Shown here in pieces: positions 16,959-25,576 of a stretch of DNA of 64,000 bases (positions within the stretch are counted from its first letter, which is position 1; every line of letters begins with the position of its first letter). This stretch comes from a virus. Under the pieces are notes generated by a model. It searched no databases, was not told the DNA's origin, and saw nothing but the letters and a program-made list of their open reading frames with translations. A program made the translations under genes and the position numbers. Location: positions 598-64,597 of IMG/VR virus record IMGVR_UViG_3300048909_000330; one strand, written 5' to 3'.

Positions 16959-17813
16959 TCAAACCGCCCCGCTCACGCCCATTACTCGCGCGATGATCTC
17001 GACATGCTCTGTGTCATCCGAGGATAGATTCATGTCCGGGTAGCGGACCTTGTCCGGGTTGTCTGATTGCACACGCAGACCGCCGCTTGGCATCTTGAAC
17101 AGCCGTTTTATGAACAGCTCGCCACGATAGGCCAGCGCGTAGACCTTGCCATCAATGATTCGCGTCGCTTTGTAGTCGACCACGAGCGAATCCCCATCGA
17201 TAAGGCGAGGCTCCATGCTTTGCCCCTCATTAACGATCGTCGCGGCGTGCTCGGGATTGATGCCCAGCCGTTGACACCAGGAGCGCCGGAAGGCTTGCTT
17301 CTGCCCCTTTTCGTCTACGTGCCAGACGATTTTCCCATTCCCCGCGGAAAACTTCACATCCAGTCTAGGTATCAAGACGTACTCGTCGCCAAGTTCCTCT
17401 TCTCGATCCCAGGCAACGATTGGCCTGGCGCTTACGGAATGTCTCCCTCCCGTAAGCTTTTCTGTGGGGCGGCCCGGAGAAGTTGCAGGCCCACTGCCAT
17501 TCTTAAGCGACGGCTGGTTTAGCGAATCGGTAATTACGTGCTGATCTTGTGCATTGTTCGGCACACCGCTTTCGGTCAAATTGTGGTCCGCATCCATCCA
17601 CCCCTCGGGTTCCTTCAGCGCATGCTCGATCTTGCGCGCAAGGTCGTCCCCCATCGCCTTCGGCTTGCCTGTCTTGCTATCTGGCTGCTGGTTCTTGATC
17701 TGGCTGAGGTATGCCGCTGCGGTGTCAACTTCCTTCGCCAAAGCGGACGCGGTGCCAAATCGGCTGATCGCGATTAGCAGGTTATCACGGCGGATTTCGT
17801 CGTTTGTCTTCAT
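16959..17813 (-). CDS. cI: CI-like repressor (HTH plus S24 peptidase)
   Basis: N-terminal HTH; SAGNG cleavage site; GQSMEP catalytic Ser; FIKRL Lys. Confidence 0.93.
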   Translation of the reverse strand: MKTNDEIRRDNLLIAISRFGTASALAKEVDTAAAYLSQIKNQQPDSKTGKPKAMGDDLARKIEHALKEPEGWMDADHNLTESGVPNNAQDQHVITDSLNQPSLKNGSGPATSPGRPTEKLTGGRHSVSARPIVAWDREEELGDEYVLIPRLDVKFSAGNGKIVWHVDEKGQKQAFRRSWCQRLGINPEHAATIVNEGQSMEPRLIDGDSLVVDYKATRIIDGKVYALAYRGELFIKRLFKMPSGGLRVQSDNPDKVRYPDMNLSSDDTEHVEIIARVMGVSGAV

Positions 17814-17899
17814 CGGCAGCTATTACATAGCAAAACGCTAAACAAATAAATGCGCGATTCACTATTGCTTTTATTTAGCGAATCGCTATACTGCTGCCT
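17814..17899. promoter_or_regulatory. OR region: pR, pRM and two 17-bp operators
   Basis: pR TTGCTT-16-TATACT; pRM -10 TGTAAT; operators CATAGCAAAACGCTAAA (17826-17842) and TTTAGCGAATCGCTATA (17874-17890). Confidence 0.78.
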
Positions 17900-18232
17900 A
17901 TGGACCTGAAAACTTACCTTGCTGGCGGTCGTGGACGCGCCACTTCTCTCGCGAAAGCGATCGGGGCTCACGCATCCGATGTGAGCGCCTGGGCATCCCG
18001 CACTCGACCTGTTCCTATCCCGTTCGGCCTCCCGATTGAGAAGGCTACCAAGGGCGAAGTCACTCGTCTCGAGATGTTCCCACGGGATGTTATCGCCAAA
18101 GTTTGGCCCGACCTCCTGCGTAAGCGTAACGGAAAAATCGATCGGGCTGCAGCGAGCGACGACACCCAGCCTCCTGCTGGCGGATCTTCCGACAAGAAGC
18201 TGGAAATGCGGGCAAGCGCTGTAGCGGTTTAA
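17900..18232 (+). CDS. cro: Cro-like HTH repressor
   Basis: GRATSLAKAIGAHASDVSAWASRTRPVP; divergent from cI. Confidence 0.85.
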   Translation: MDLKTYLAGGRGRATSLAKAIGAHASDVSAWASRTRPVPIPFGLPIEKATKGEVTRLEMFPRDVIAKVWPDLLRKRNGKIDRAAASDDTQPPAGGSSDKKLEMRASAVAV

Positions 18233-18312
18233 GCGGTTCATAAGTTTTTCGAATTGTTGTTTCTGGGATGAGCGAATCATCCCTTTTTTAGCACTAACGG
18301 GGATAGTCAACC

Positions 18313-18735
18313 TTGATCAATCGTACGCAAGTATCCGCAAATACAAGGCGCTATGCGCCACCGCCCGGGGTTTACATGCAAAGGGAAATGCCTTTCCTGG
18401 CTGAGGTTTCCGACATGCAGAACGCTCCCGATGAACTAGTTAAGAAGTGCCGCCACGGCTTGGATGCAATCCGCTTGTGCATTCAACTGTCCGGTCACAC
18501 GCACGAATTCCTGTGCGAAGAGTTGGCGATCGACAAAGGCCACTTCAGCCGAATCATGCAGGGCAAAGCATGGTTCCCGGACACGAAGCGGATCGAGCTT
18601 ATGAATCTTTGCGGTAACCGCGCGCCGGCCCAGTTCGACGCCCTTATGACTGGCTGCGAGCTTATCGAGCTTTCTAAGGACGCAAAGATTCGTGAACTTG
18701 AGCAGCAATTGGCTGCGCTGAGGACGGCGGCGTAA
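18313..18735 (+). CDS. CII-position HTH regulator (true start may be ATG 18376)
   Basis: LCEELAIDKGHFSRIMQG HTH; position after cro. Confidence 0.65.
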   Translation: MINRTQVSANTRRYAPPPGVYMQREMPFLAEVSDMQNAPDELVKKCRHGLDAIRLCIQLSGHTHEFLCEELAIDKGHFSRIMQGKAWFPDTKRIELMNLCGNRAPAQFDALMTGCELIELSKDAKIRELEQQLAALRTAA

Positions 18736-18932
18736 TGGGCGAGATCGAAGACCGCGGAATCACGTCGAGCATGCAGTACGACAGGTGGATTGCCGAACAG
18801 CATGCAAAGGCGAATCGAAAGAAGTCGCCCGCGCAACGGGTTCTGCATTCCCCCGTGACCTTCGTGGCTTCGGTCATCGTTTGCGCGCTACTAGTGATCG
18901 CCCTCGTCCTTCAGGTTACGGGAGTCATTTGA
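18735..18932 (+). CDS. Small protein with a C-terminal TM helix
   Basis: FVASVIVCALLVIALVLQV. Confidence 0.6.
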   Translation: MGEIEDRGITSSMQYDRWIAEQHAKANRKKSPAQRVLHSPVTFVASVIVCALLVIALVLQVTGVI

Positions 18933-19102
18933 TGAAACGCGATCTGTTCAACCCTCCTCCCGCCAAGTGGCGCGAGCAAGACGAACTGGCAAGGAAGATC
19001 GGGCAGGCCGGTAAGAAGGCGGAGAAACATCAGATTGCGTCGCTTCTGTGCTCATCCCTGGCCGCCATGACCGCTAAGCCTAAGAGCCGGAGGCCGCTGT
19101 GA
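18932..19102 (+). CDS. Small hypothetical protein
   Basis: MKRDLFNPPP; coupled start and stop. Confidence 0.5.
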   Translation: MKRDLFNPPPAKWREQDELARKIGQAGKKAEKHQIASLLCSSLAAMTAKPKSRRPL

Positions 19103-19332
19103 CCGCCCGCGGAGTTCGCCGTGTATCGAGTGCCGAGTTGCGTATCACCCGGGCGCTGGACTCGCTGGTTAAGAGTCTGCCGACCGACGTCTTCCCGATC
19201 GCCGATCCGGACCTTGCCGCGCTCTCTGAGCTGCTTCACCGCATGACGATGTGCCAGGAAGATACGCCGGCTACGCGCATGGCTGGTGAGGCTATCCGCA
19301 GGTTGCGGGCTTATTTGATGAAGGGGAAGTGA
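19099..19332 (+). CDS. Hypothetical protein
   Basis: GGAGG RBS; GTG start. Confidence 0.55.
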   Translation: MTARGVRRVSSAELRITRALDSLVKSLPTDVFPIADPDLAALSELLHRMTMCQEDTPATRMAGEAIRRLRAYLMKGK

Positions 19333-19758
19333 GTGATCTACGGGTTTGTGTACATCTTGGGGCATCACTGCATGCCAGGCGTCTACAAGGTTGGCTATAC
19401 CGAGCGCAGCCCGCGTGCGCGCCTCGAAGAGTTGAGTAAGAGCACGTCCGTACCCGGCGACTTCGATCTGATCTGCTACGCGGAATACGAGAACCCGCGC
19501 AACCGCGAACAGGAAATCCATAGCTTGCTCGAGAAGTTCAGGGTTACGCCTGATCGCGAGTTTTTTAAGTGCGACCTCATCCACATAACCAATCTCGTGA
19601 TGGACGAAGAAGAGGCTTGCTCGGTCTGCGAACATCAAAAGGATGCGTTTTTGTACAGCGATAGCCCGATCTTCCGTGAGCGCGTTCGCATGGCAGAGCA
19701 AATGTCCCGCGATGTCGGTATCGAGACAACGAAGAACTGCGAAAACGCAGGAGCGTAA
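19333..19758 (+). CDS. GIY-YIG / T5orf172-domain protein
   Basis: GFVYIL...YKVGYTERSPRARLEELSKSTSVP...REFF. Confidence 0.85.
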   Translation: MIYGFVYILGHHCMPGVYKVGYTERSPRARLEELSKSTSVPGDFDLICYAEYENPRNREQEIHSLLEKFRVTPDREFFKCDLIHITNLVMDEEEACSVCEHQKDAFLYSDSPIFRERVRMAEQMSRDVGIETTKNCENAGA

Positions 19759-20649
19759 ATGGAATGGTTCCGCTGGTGGCACGGCACCCTGACCGACCCA
19801 AAGTTTCAGTGGGTCGCGCGCAAGTCCGGCCAACCGTTTACTGCAGTGATCGCCCTTTGGGTTGCGTTGCTCGAAAGAGCCAGCAGTGTGACGCAAGGTG
19901 ACGCGTCTGTGACGCGCGGTGACGTCGCGGGATTTGACTGTGACGACCATGATGTTTTGTTCGGCCTGGAAGATGGTTGCTGCGCTCGCATTCTTGATGC
20001 TTTCGCCGCTAAAGGAATGATCGCGGGCGGCGTCATAACGAACTGGGAAAAGCGTCAGCCAAAGCGGGAGGATTCAAGCGCAGAAAGGACTCGCGCTTAT
20101 CGTGAGCGCAAGGCTAAGGAGTCCTCTGTGACGACTGGTGACGCACCTGTGACGCAAAGTGACGATAAGAAGAGAGAAGATAAGAGTAGAGAAAACCTTG
20201 AGCCTAACGGCTCTGTCGCCAGCGGCGCTGAAGCGCCTTCTGCCGACCTGTTGGGAGCAGAGATCGGAAAGGTAACGGCTGAGACCGGGGAGTCCGACAA
20301 CGCTGCACTGCACTGCCCCATTTCACGGATTGTTAACGCATATCACGAACTCATGCCACTGAACCCCCGCGTGAAGATCATCAACGACAAACGCCGCAAG
20401 TCCATCTCTGCGCGCTGGCGGGAGGCCTCGAAACTCGATTTCGCGCCCTTCGGATACTCGACGGTTCAAGGTGGCGTGGAGGCATGGAGGAAGTTTTTTG
20501 CCGTTTGTGCTGAATCAGATTTTCTGACCGGCAAATCCAAAGCCCAGACTGGTAAGCCCCCTTTCCTGGCCGACATTGACTTTCTGATGTCCCCCGAAGG
20601 ATTCGCGAAGTGTTTCGAAAACAAGTATCACCGCGAGGTTAGCCAATGA
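19759..20649 (+). CDS. Replication initiator (lambda O analogue)
   Basis: MEWFRWWHG...DPKF; contains iterons; precedes the helicase. Confidence 0.85.
   Translation: MEWFRWWHGTLTDPKFQWVARKSGQPFTAVIALWVALLERASSVTQGDASVTRGDVAGFDCDDHDVLFGLEDGCCARILDAFAAKGMIAGGVITNWEKRQPKREDSSAERTRAYRERKAKESSVTTGDAPVTQSDDKKREDKSRENLEPNGSVASGAEAPSADLLGAEIGKVTAETGESDNAALHCPISRIVNAYHELMPLNPRVKIINDKRRKSISARWREASKLDFAPFGYSTVQGGVEAWRKFFAVCAESDFLTGKSKAQTGKPPFLADIDFLMSPEGFAKCFENKYHREVSQ
19888..20192. repeat. Replication-origin iterons inside the initiator gene
   Basis: GTGACG at 19888/19898/19909/19919 and 20128/20138/20149/20159, followed by an A/G-rich tract. Confidence 0.75.
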
Positions 20650-22040
20650 ACGCACCTGACCGCATCCCCGGAAACGGCGGCCTGACCGTCCCTCCGCAGG
20701 CCATCGAGGCCGAGCAGTCGGTGCTAGGTGCCCTTCTGCTGGACAACGACTCTGTTGACCGGATCGCCGAGCTTCGCGCCGACCAGTTTTATCGATACGA
20801 CCATCGCGTCATTTTCGATCACATCACGCGATTGATTCTGGCTGGGCGCCGCGCCGATGTCATTACGACCTTCGAAGCGCTTTGCGCTTCCGGCAAGGAT
20901 GAGCAGGTTGGCGGTTTGAAATATCTGAACGCGTTGGCACAAAACACACCTGGTAGCGCGGGGATCAAGCGTTATGCGGAAATCGTGATCGAGCGCGCAC
21001 AGCTACGAGGCATTCTGTGCGCCGTCGATGAGATTGGCGCGATGGTCCATAACCGCGCCGGCAAGACCGCATCGGAAATCATCGCCGAGGCTCAGGAGCG
21101 TTTCGAGCCGCTGGCCGAGACGCGCAGTTTCGAGCCGAAAGAAGTTGGTCCAGTCCTAACGAGCATCGTTGAAGAAATCGACGCCCGCTACCACGGAGCC
21201 GAATTGCCGGTTGTGTCGACGGGGTTCAGGGACTTGGACGACAAATTGGGCGGCGGTATGCGGGGCGCTGAATTGATCATCGTGGCGGGAAGACCGTCAA
21301 TGGGCAAGACTGCACTGTCGATGTGCGTCGCCGGCCATGTGGCGCAAGGGGGTGGATCGGTGCTGGTCTTCTCGCTCGAGATGTCGGCCAAGTCATTGCA
21401 TCAGCGCAACCTGTCGCGCATCGGTGGGATTCCGCTGGGCCACGTTCTGGACGGCAAGAAGATCACCGATGAAGACTGGCCGCGCCTGACGCACGGGGTG
21501 GCAGTCATGTCTGAAATGCGCATGTACGTCGACGATACCTCTGGTCTTTCGATGTCGGAAATCGCGAGCCGCAGCCGTGCGATCAAGCGCCGTGCTGGCC
21601 TGGATCTGATAGTCGTTGATTACCTCGGCCTGATGACTGGCGGCACCGAAGAGCGGCAAGACCTGAAGATTGCCGGTTATTCGGCCGGTCTTAAGGGCTT
21701 GGCGAAGCAACTGGATATTCCGGTAATCGTGCTGGCCCAGCTTAACCGCGGCGTCGAGCAGCGGCCGAACAAGCGCCCGACGATGGCGGACCTGCGCGAC
21801 TCAGGCGCAATCGAGCAGGACGCCGACCTGATTTTGATGCTCTACCGCGATGAAGTCTACAACCTCGATAGCCCGGACAAGGGAACCGCCGAGCTGATCA
21901 TCGGCAAGCAGCGCAACGGTGAAACCGGCATTGTGCGACTCGCGTTCTTTGGTGAGAAGCAGAAATTTGCGGACATGGCGCCCGGTTATATGCCGGCTCC
22001 TCGGCCGGTGCCCGAGAAAACCCGGCGCGGATTTGAATGA
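20646..22040 (+). CDS. dnaB: DnaB-like replicative helicase
   Basis: EAEQSVLGALL, GRPSMGKT Walker A, IVVDYLGL, QLNR, DLRDSGAIEQDAD. Confidence 0.96.
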   Translation: MNAPDRIPGNGGLTVPPQAIEAEQSVLGALLLDNDSVDRIAELRADQFYRYDHRVIFDHITRLILAGRRADVITTFEALCASGKDEQVGGLKYLNALAQNTPGSAGIKRYAEIVIERAQLRGILCAVDEIGAMVHNRAGKTASEIIAEAQERFEPLAETRSFEPKEVGPVLTSIVEEIDARYHGAELPVVSTGFRDLDDKLGGGMRGAELIIVAGRPSMGKTALSMCVAGHVAQGGGSVLVFSLEMSAKSLHQRNLSRIGGIPLGHVLDGKKITDEDWPRLTHGVAVMSEMRMYVDDTSGLSMSEIASRSRAIKRRAGLDLIVVDYLGLMTGGTEERQDLKIAGYSAGLKGLAKQLDIPVIVLAQLNRGVEQRPNKRPTMADLRDSGAIEQDADLILMLYRDEVYNLDSPDKGTAELIIGKQRNGETGIVRLAFFGEKQKFADMAPGYMPAPRPVPEKTRRGFE

Positions 22041-22219
22041 CCCAAGCCGAAGCCCTCTCCCGCTTCACTCTCGCAGTACGAGACGGCAAGAGCGGCAACT
22101 ACGGTAAGGCGGTTGAAATAGTTGAGGCGGTGCGGAAGAAACACGGTGATGTTGCGGCGGCGATAGCGCGCAAGGAGATTTGGGCATGTATCAACAGCGA
22201 ACGGTGGGATCGGAAGTAA
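22037..22219 (+). CDS. Small hypothetical protein
   Basis: Coupled to the dnaB stop. Confidence 0.6.
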   Translation: MTQAEALSRFTLAVRDGKSGNYGKAVEIVEAVRKKHGDVAAAIARKEIWACINSERWDRK

Positions 22220-22221
22220 CG

Positions 22222-23529
22222 ATGGCGCGTAGGAGTGCTTACAGCGAAATGACATACGGCTCTGTGTGTTCGGGCATCGAAGCCGCTTCATGCGCTTGGC
22301 ATCCGCTCGGGTGGCGCGCTGCCTTTCTGAGCGAGATCGAGCCTTTCCCGTCAGCCGTGCTGGCCCACCACTACCCGACCGTCCCGAACATGGGCGACAT
22401 GACCAAATTCAAGGATTGGCCTGATGCAACTATCGATCTTCTCGTTGGAGGAACCCCCTGCCAAAGCTTCAGCGTCGCTGGACTACGAAAGGGACTGGCT
22501 GATCCGCGTGGCAACCTCATGCTCACCTATCTTGCCATTGCTCAGCGCTTCGCTCCCCGCTGGCTGGTATGGGAAAACGTCCCCGGCGTCCTGTCATCTA
22601 ACGGCGGAAAAGATTTTGGAACCCTCCTCGGAGGGCTGGCAGAACTCGGGTATGGGTTCGCCTACCGCGTTCTTGACGCTCAATACATCCGAGTGGAATC
22701 ACATTCTCGAGCCGTCCCTCAACGACGCCGGCGTGTGTTCGTTGTCGGACATCTTGGAGACTGGCGACGTGCCGCAGCGGTACTTTTTGAGCGCGAAAGC
22801 CTGCTCGGGCATCCTGCGCCGCGCCGCGAAGCGGGGAAAGGAATTGCCCCTACCCTTAGCGCGCGCACTAAAGGCGGTGGCGGACTCGGAACGGACTTCG
22901 AGTGCGACGGGGGATTGATTCCCGGCGTGGCCCGTGCCCTGACGACGAGCAATCAGCGCATCGATGCGGAAACGGAAACGCTGTTGGTAGCCCATTCGCT
23001 TCGCGGCGAAGGATTTGACGCGAGCGAAGACGGGACCGGGCGCGGTACTCCCCTCGTGCCGATCGCATTCGATTGTAAGGCGTCCGGCCAGAACGGATTT
23101 GGCGTGGGCGACATCGCATCCACGATGCGCAGCATGAGCCATTCGAATTCGCATCAGAGCGGCGGCGGTCATCTGGCGGTAGCCCAGCCCTACACGCTCG
23201 CGATCCGTGGTCGCGGCGACAGTCACCAACTCGAATACCGCCAGGACGGCACGGCGAACGCGGTGCTCACGCCCAACGGCGGCCGCGGCGGAATCGGCGT
23301 TGGTGCAGTTGCGACCACATATGCGGTGCGTCGCCTCACGCCGATGGAGTGCGAGCGCTTGCAGGGATTTCCTGACCGCTACACAGATATCCCGTTCCGC
23401 AACAAGCACGCTGCCGACGGCAACCGATACAAGGCCTTGGGTAACTCCATGGCCGTCAACGTGATGTCCTGGATTGGCCGACGCATCCAGCTCGTCGAAT
23501 CTTTGTCGGCACATAAGGAGGCCGCATGA
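22222..23529 (+). CDS. C5-cytosine DNA methyltransferase with a long multi-module variable region
   Basis: SVCSGIEAA (I), GGTPCQSFS (IV), ENVPG (VI), QRRRRVFVV (VIII), RRLTPMECERLQGFPD (IX), YKALGNS (X). Confidence 0.93.
   Translation: MARRSAYSEMTYGSVCSGIEAASCAWHPLGWRAAFLSEIEPFPSAVLAHHYPTVPNMGDMTKFKDWPDATIDLLVGGTPCQSFSVAGLRKGLADPRGNLMLTYLAIAQRFAPRWLVWENVPGVLSSNGGKDFGTLLGGLAELGYGFAYRVLDAQYIRVESHSRAVPQRRRRVFVVGHLGDWRRAAAVLFERESLLGHPAPRREAGKGIAPTLSARTKGGGGLGTDFECDGGLIPGVARALTTSNQRIDAETETLLVAHSLRGEGFDASEDGTGRGTPLVPIAFDCKASGQNGFGVGDIASTMRSMSHSNSHQSGGGHLAVAQPYTLAIRGRGDSHQLEYRQDGTANAVLTPNGGRGGIGVGAVATTYAVRRLTPMECERLQGFPDRYTDIPFRNKHAADGNRYKALGNSMAVNVMSWIGRRIQLVESLSAHKEAA
22424..22918 (+). CDS. Nested +1-frame ORF inside the C5 MTase
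   Basis: AAGGA 8 nt before its ATG; MQLSIF start; SLSDILETGDVPQRYFLSAKACSGILRRA. Confidence 0.65.
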   Translation: MQLSIFSLEEPPAKASASLDYERDWLIRVATSCSPILPLLSASLPAGWYGKTSPASCHLTAEKILEPSSEGWQNSGMGSPTAFLTLNTSEWNHILEPSLNDAGVCSLSDILETGDVPQRYFLSAKACSGILRRAAKRGKELPLPLARALKAVADSERTSSATGD

Positions 23530-23996
23530 GCAAAAGCCAAAAGCCGCGCCGCAAATACGACCCTTCGCGCTGGCTTACCCGCATCGCCACCAACGCCGAG
23601 CGCCGCCGTGATGCTAATCCGCTGACGGACGATCAGCAACGTGACTTGGGCCTGGCGTACCGTCTCTCGTTTCAAGCGATGTTGACGCGCCCCGAAGAGT
23701 GCCACTGGCACACGCTTGCGGCCACGGCAAACATTGCCCTGTTGCTCTGCGAACAAAACTTCGGTGCCGAGTACATCGACGACATCAAGGCTGCTCAAGA
23801 CGCACTGATGCGGACGATGCATCGCCAGAAGAAGACCGGTTCATGGGCGATGGATGCCGAGGGTATCGCGGCGATCCGCAAAGCTTTGGATTTGCACGAC
23901 GCTCAGGTCGAAATCGCCGAGCGCGGCGAGATTCGCAAGGCAATGCAGGAAATCTACCGACGTATCAATGCCGGCGACGTACTGGAGGTGGCGTGA
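23526..23996 (+). CDS. Conserved phage hypothetical protein
   Basis: MSKSQKPRRKYDP...; coupled. Confidence 0.75.
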   Translation: MSKSQKPRRKYDPSRWLTRIATNAERRRDANPLTDDQQRDLGLAYRLSFQAMLTRPEECHWHTLAATANIALLLCEQNFGAEYIDDIKAAQDALMRTMHRQKKTGSWAMDAEGIAAIRKALDLHDAQVEIAERGEIRKAMQEIYRRINAGDVLEVA

Positions 23997-24472
23997 TGGA
24001 AGGCGAACTTGTCGGACCTTGCATCGAATGGATGAAAGGAAAAGACGCTTATGGATACGGCAATTTGTCGCTCAACGGGAAAGTAAGAAAGGCCCATCGT
24101 CTAGCGTATTGCGAGCACCGGGGTATTGCTCTGGAAGAAATAGATGGATTCGTGGTGCGCCACCGATGCGATAACCGAGGGTGTGTCAACCCTGAGCATC
24201 TTGTCCTTGGCTCTCAGGCGGACAACGTGCGTGACATGTATGAGAGGCATCGCAACGCAAATCAGAAGGGAGAGGCTCATGGCCGAGCCAAGTTGACGGC
24301 GGACCAAGTTAAACAAATCAAGGCCGAGTATGTGAAAGGCCACTCTCAATTCGGCCAACCGGCTTTAGCAGAAAAGTATGGCGTTACCCGCATGACTATC
24401 AGCGCCATCATAACCGGTCGAAATTGGAGGCATCTTGGATCGGAGCAAATTGAACTGACGGAGGCAGCATGA
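23996..24472 (+). CDS. HNH endonuclease with a C-terminal HTH-like domain
   Basis: AHRLAY...VRHRCDNRGCVNPEHLVLGSQADNVRD. Confidence 0.9.
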   Translation: MEGELVGPCIEWMKGKDAYGYGNLSLNGKVRKAHRLAYCEHRGIALEEIDGFVVRHRCDNRGCVNPEHLVLGSQADNVRDMYERHRNANQKGEAHGRAKLTADQVKQIKAEYVKGHSQFGQPALAEKYGVTRMTISAIITGRNWRHLGSEQIELTEAA

Positions 24473-25071
24473 GAAGCGACTGGTCCGAGGGGCAAGAGGA
24501 ATTGCTTAAGAAAGTCTGGTTCGGCAAGGGGAGCATCAAGGCGAGCCTGGATCTATTCGAAGGGCGTTCGTACATCGCTGTTGTTAGCCACGCACACCAG
24601 ATGAAACTTGGTCGTCGTCCGCATCCGGCGAAAGGTAATGCCGCTTTTGTCTGGGATGAGATTGTTCGCGCCTATACCGGTAAGACGGCGACGACGCATG
24701 AAATCTCGAAGAAGCTTCGTTTGTCGCACACCGCTGTTGTCAATTACCTGAATCTGAGGGATGCCGGTCCCGCTGGCCGATGCCATGTCGCGGATTGGGA
24801 GCGCAAGCCGCAAGGCGGTCCGTTCACTCCGATCTATGCGCTTGGGCCTGGAATTAATGCGGCCAAGCCAAGCAACAAGACGCCCGAGCAAATCAAGGCA
24901 CAGAAGCGCGACTATCACCGTCGCCGGCTGGTGGCTAACGGTGGATTGCCGCGTCACAACCCGTTTGCGGCTGTCGCCGGTCTCGTTGCTATCCCTCAGG
25001 GCCAAACCGGCCGCGTGTTTCAACAACCGATGACCGTCAAGGATGACGAACCCATGGAGCAAGCGGCATGA
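24469..25071 (+). CDS. Putative HTH DNA-binding protein
   Basis: TTHEISKKLRLSHTAVVNYL. Confidence 0.65.
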   Translation: MRSDWSEGQEELLKKVWFGKGSIKASLDLFEGRSYIAVVSHAHQMKLGRRPHPAKGNAAFVWDEIVRAYTGKTATTHEISKKLRLSHTAVVNYLNLRDAGPAGRCHVADWERKPQGGPFTPIYALGPGINAAKPSNKTPEQIKAQKRDYHRRRLVANGGLPRHNPFAAVAGLVAIPQGQTGRVFQQPMTVKDDEPMEQAA

Positions 25072-25382
25072 AGAAAACCATCTACCTGTCCGGTCCAATA
25101 ACCGATATGCCTGAAGGCAACAAGCCGCTGTTCGATTCCGAGGCAGCACGTTTGCGTGGGCTTGGATTCGATGTGATCAATCCGTGGGAGCTAAACCCGG
25201 ATGGTTCAGCTGACTGGCTCGATTGCATGCTGGTTGACCTTCCCGCCGTCAAGCGGAGCGACGCGATCGCGTTCCTGCCTGGTTGGTTGTTCTCGAGCGG
25301 ATGCCAGGTGGAATACATCACTGCTCGCAAATACAAGCTGCTGAACCTTGGTCTTTCTCACGAAATTACGGAGGCTCTGTGA
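25068..25382 (+). CDS. DUF4406 / nucleoside 2-deoxyribosyltransferase-like protein
   Basis: IYLSGPIT...VINPWE...CMLVDL...DAIAFLPGWLFSSGCQVE. Confidence 0.85.
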   Translation: MKKTIYLSGPITDMPEGNKPLFDSEAARLRGLGFDVINPWELNPDGSADWLDCMLVDLPAVKRSDAIAFLPGWLFSSGCQVEYITARKYKLLNLGLSHEITEAL

Positions 25383-25576
25383 CCTACATCTCCACCACCG
25401 CAAGCGAAACACTTGTCAAGATCGGCGCGATTCAGCGTCAGATTGTCGAGGCATCGGCTAAAGGTTTCGGCTCGGGTGAAGTCGTTCGCCTCATTTCCGA
25501 GATGAACAATCTGGCCGAGGATCTGGAAGCAGAGGCGGTCAAGGAATATCTGGATCGGCAGAAGGTGGCGGCATGA
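25379..25576 (+). CDS. Small hypothetical protein
   Basis: GTG start overlapping the previous stop. Confidence 0.55.
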   Translation: MTYISTTASETLVKIGAIQRQIVEASAKGFGSGEVVRLISEMNNLAEDLEAEAVKEYLDRQKVAA

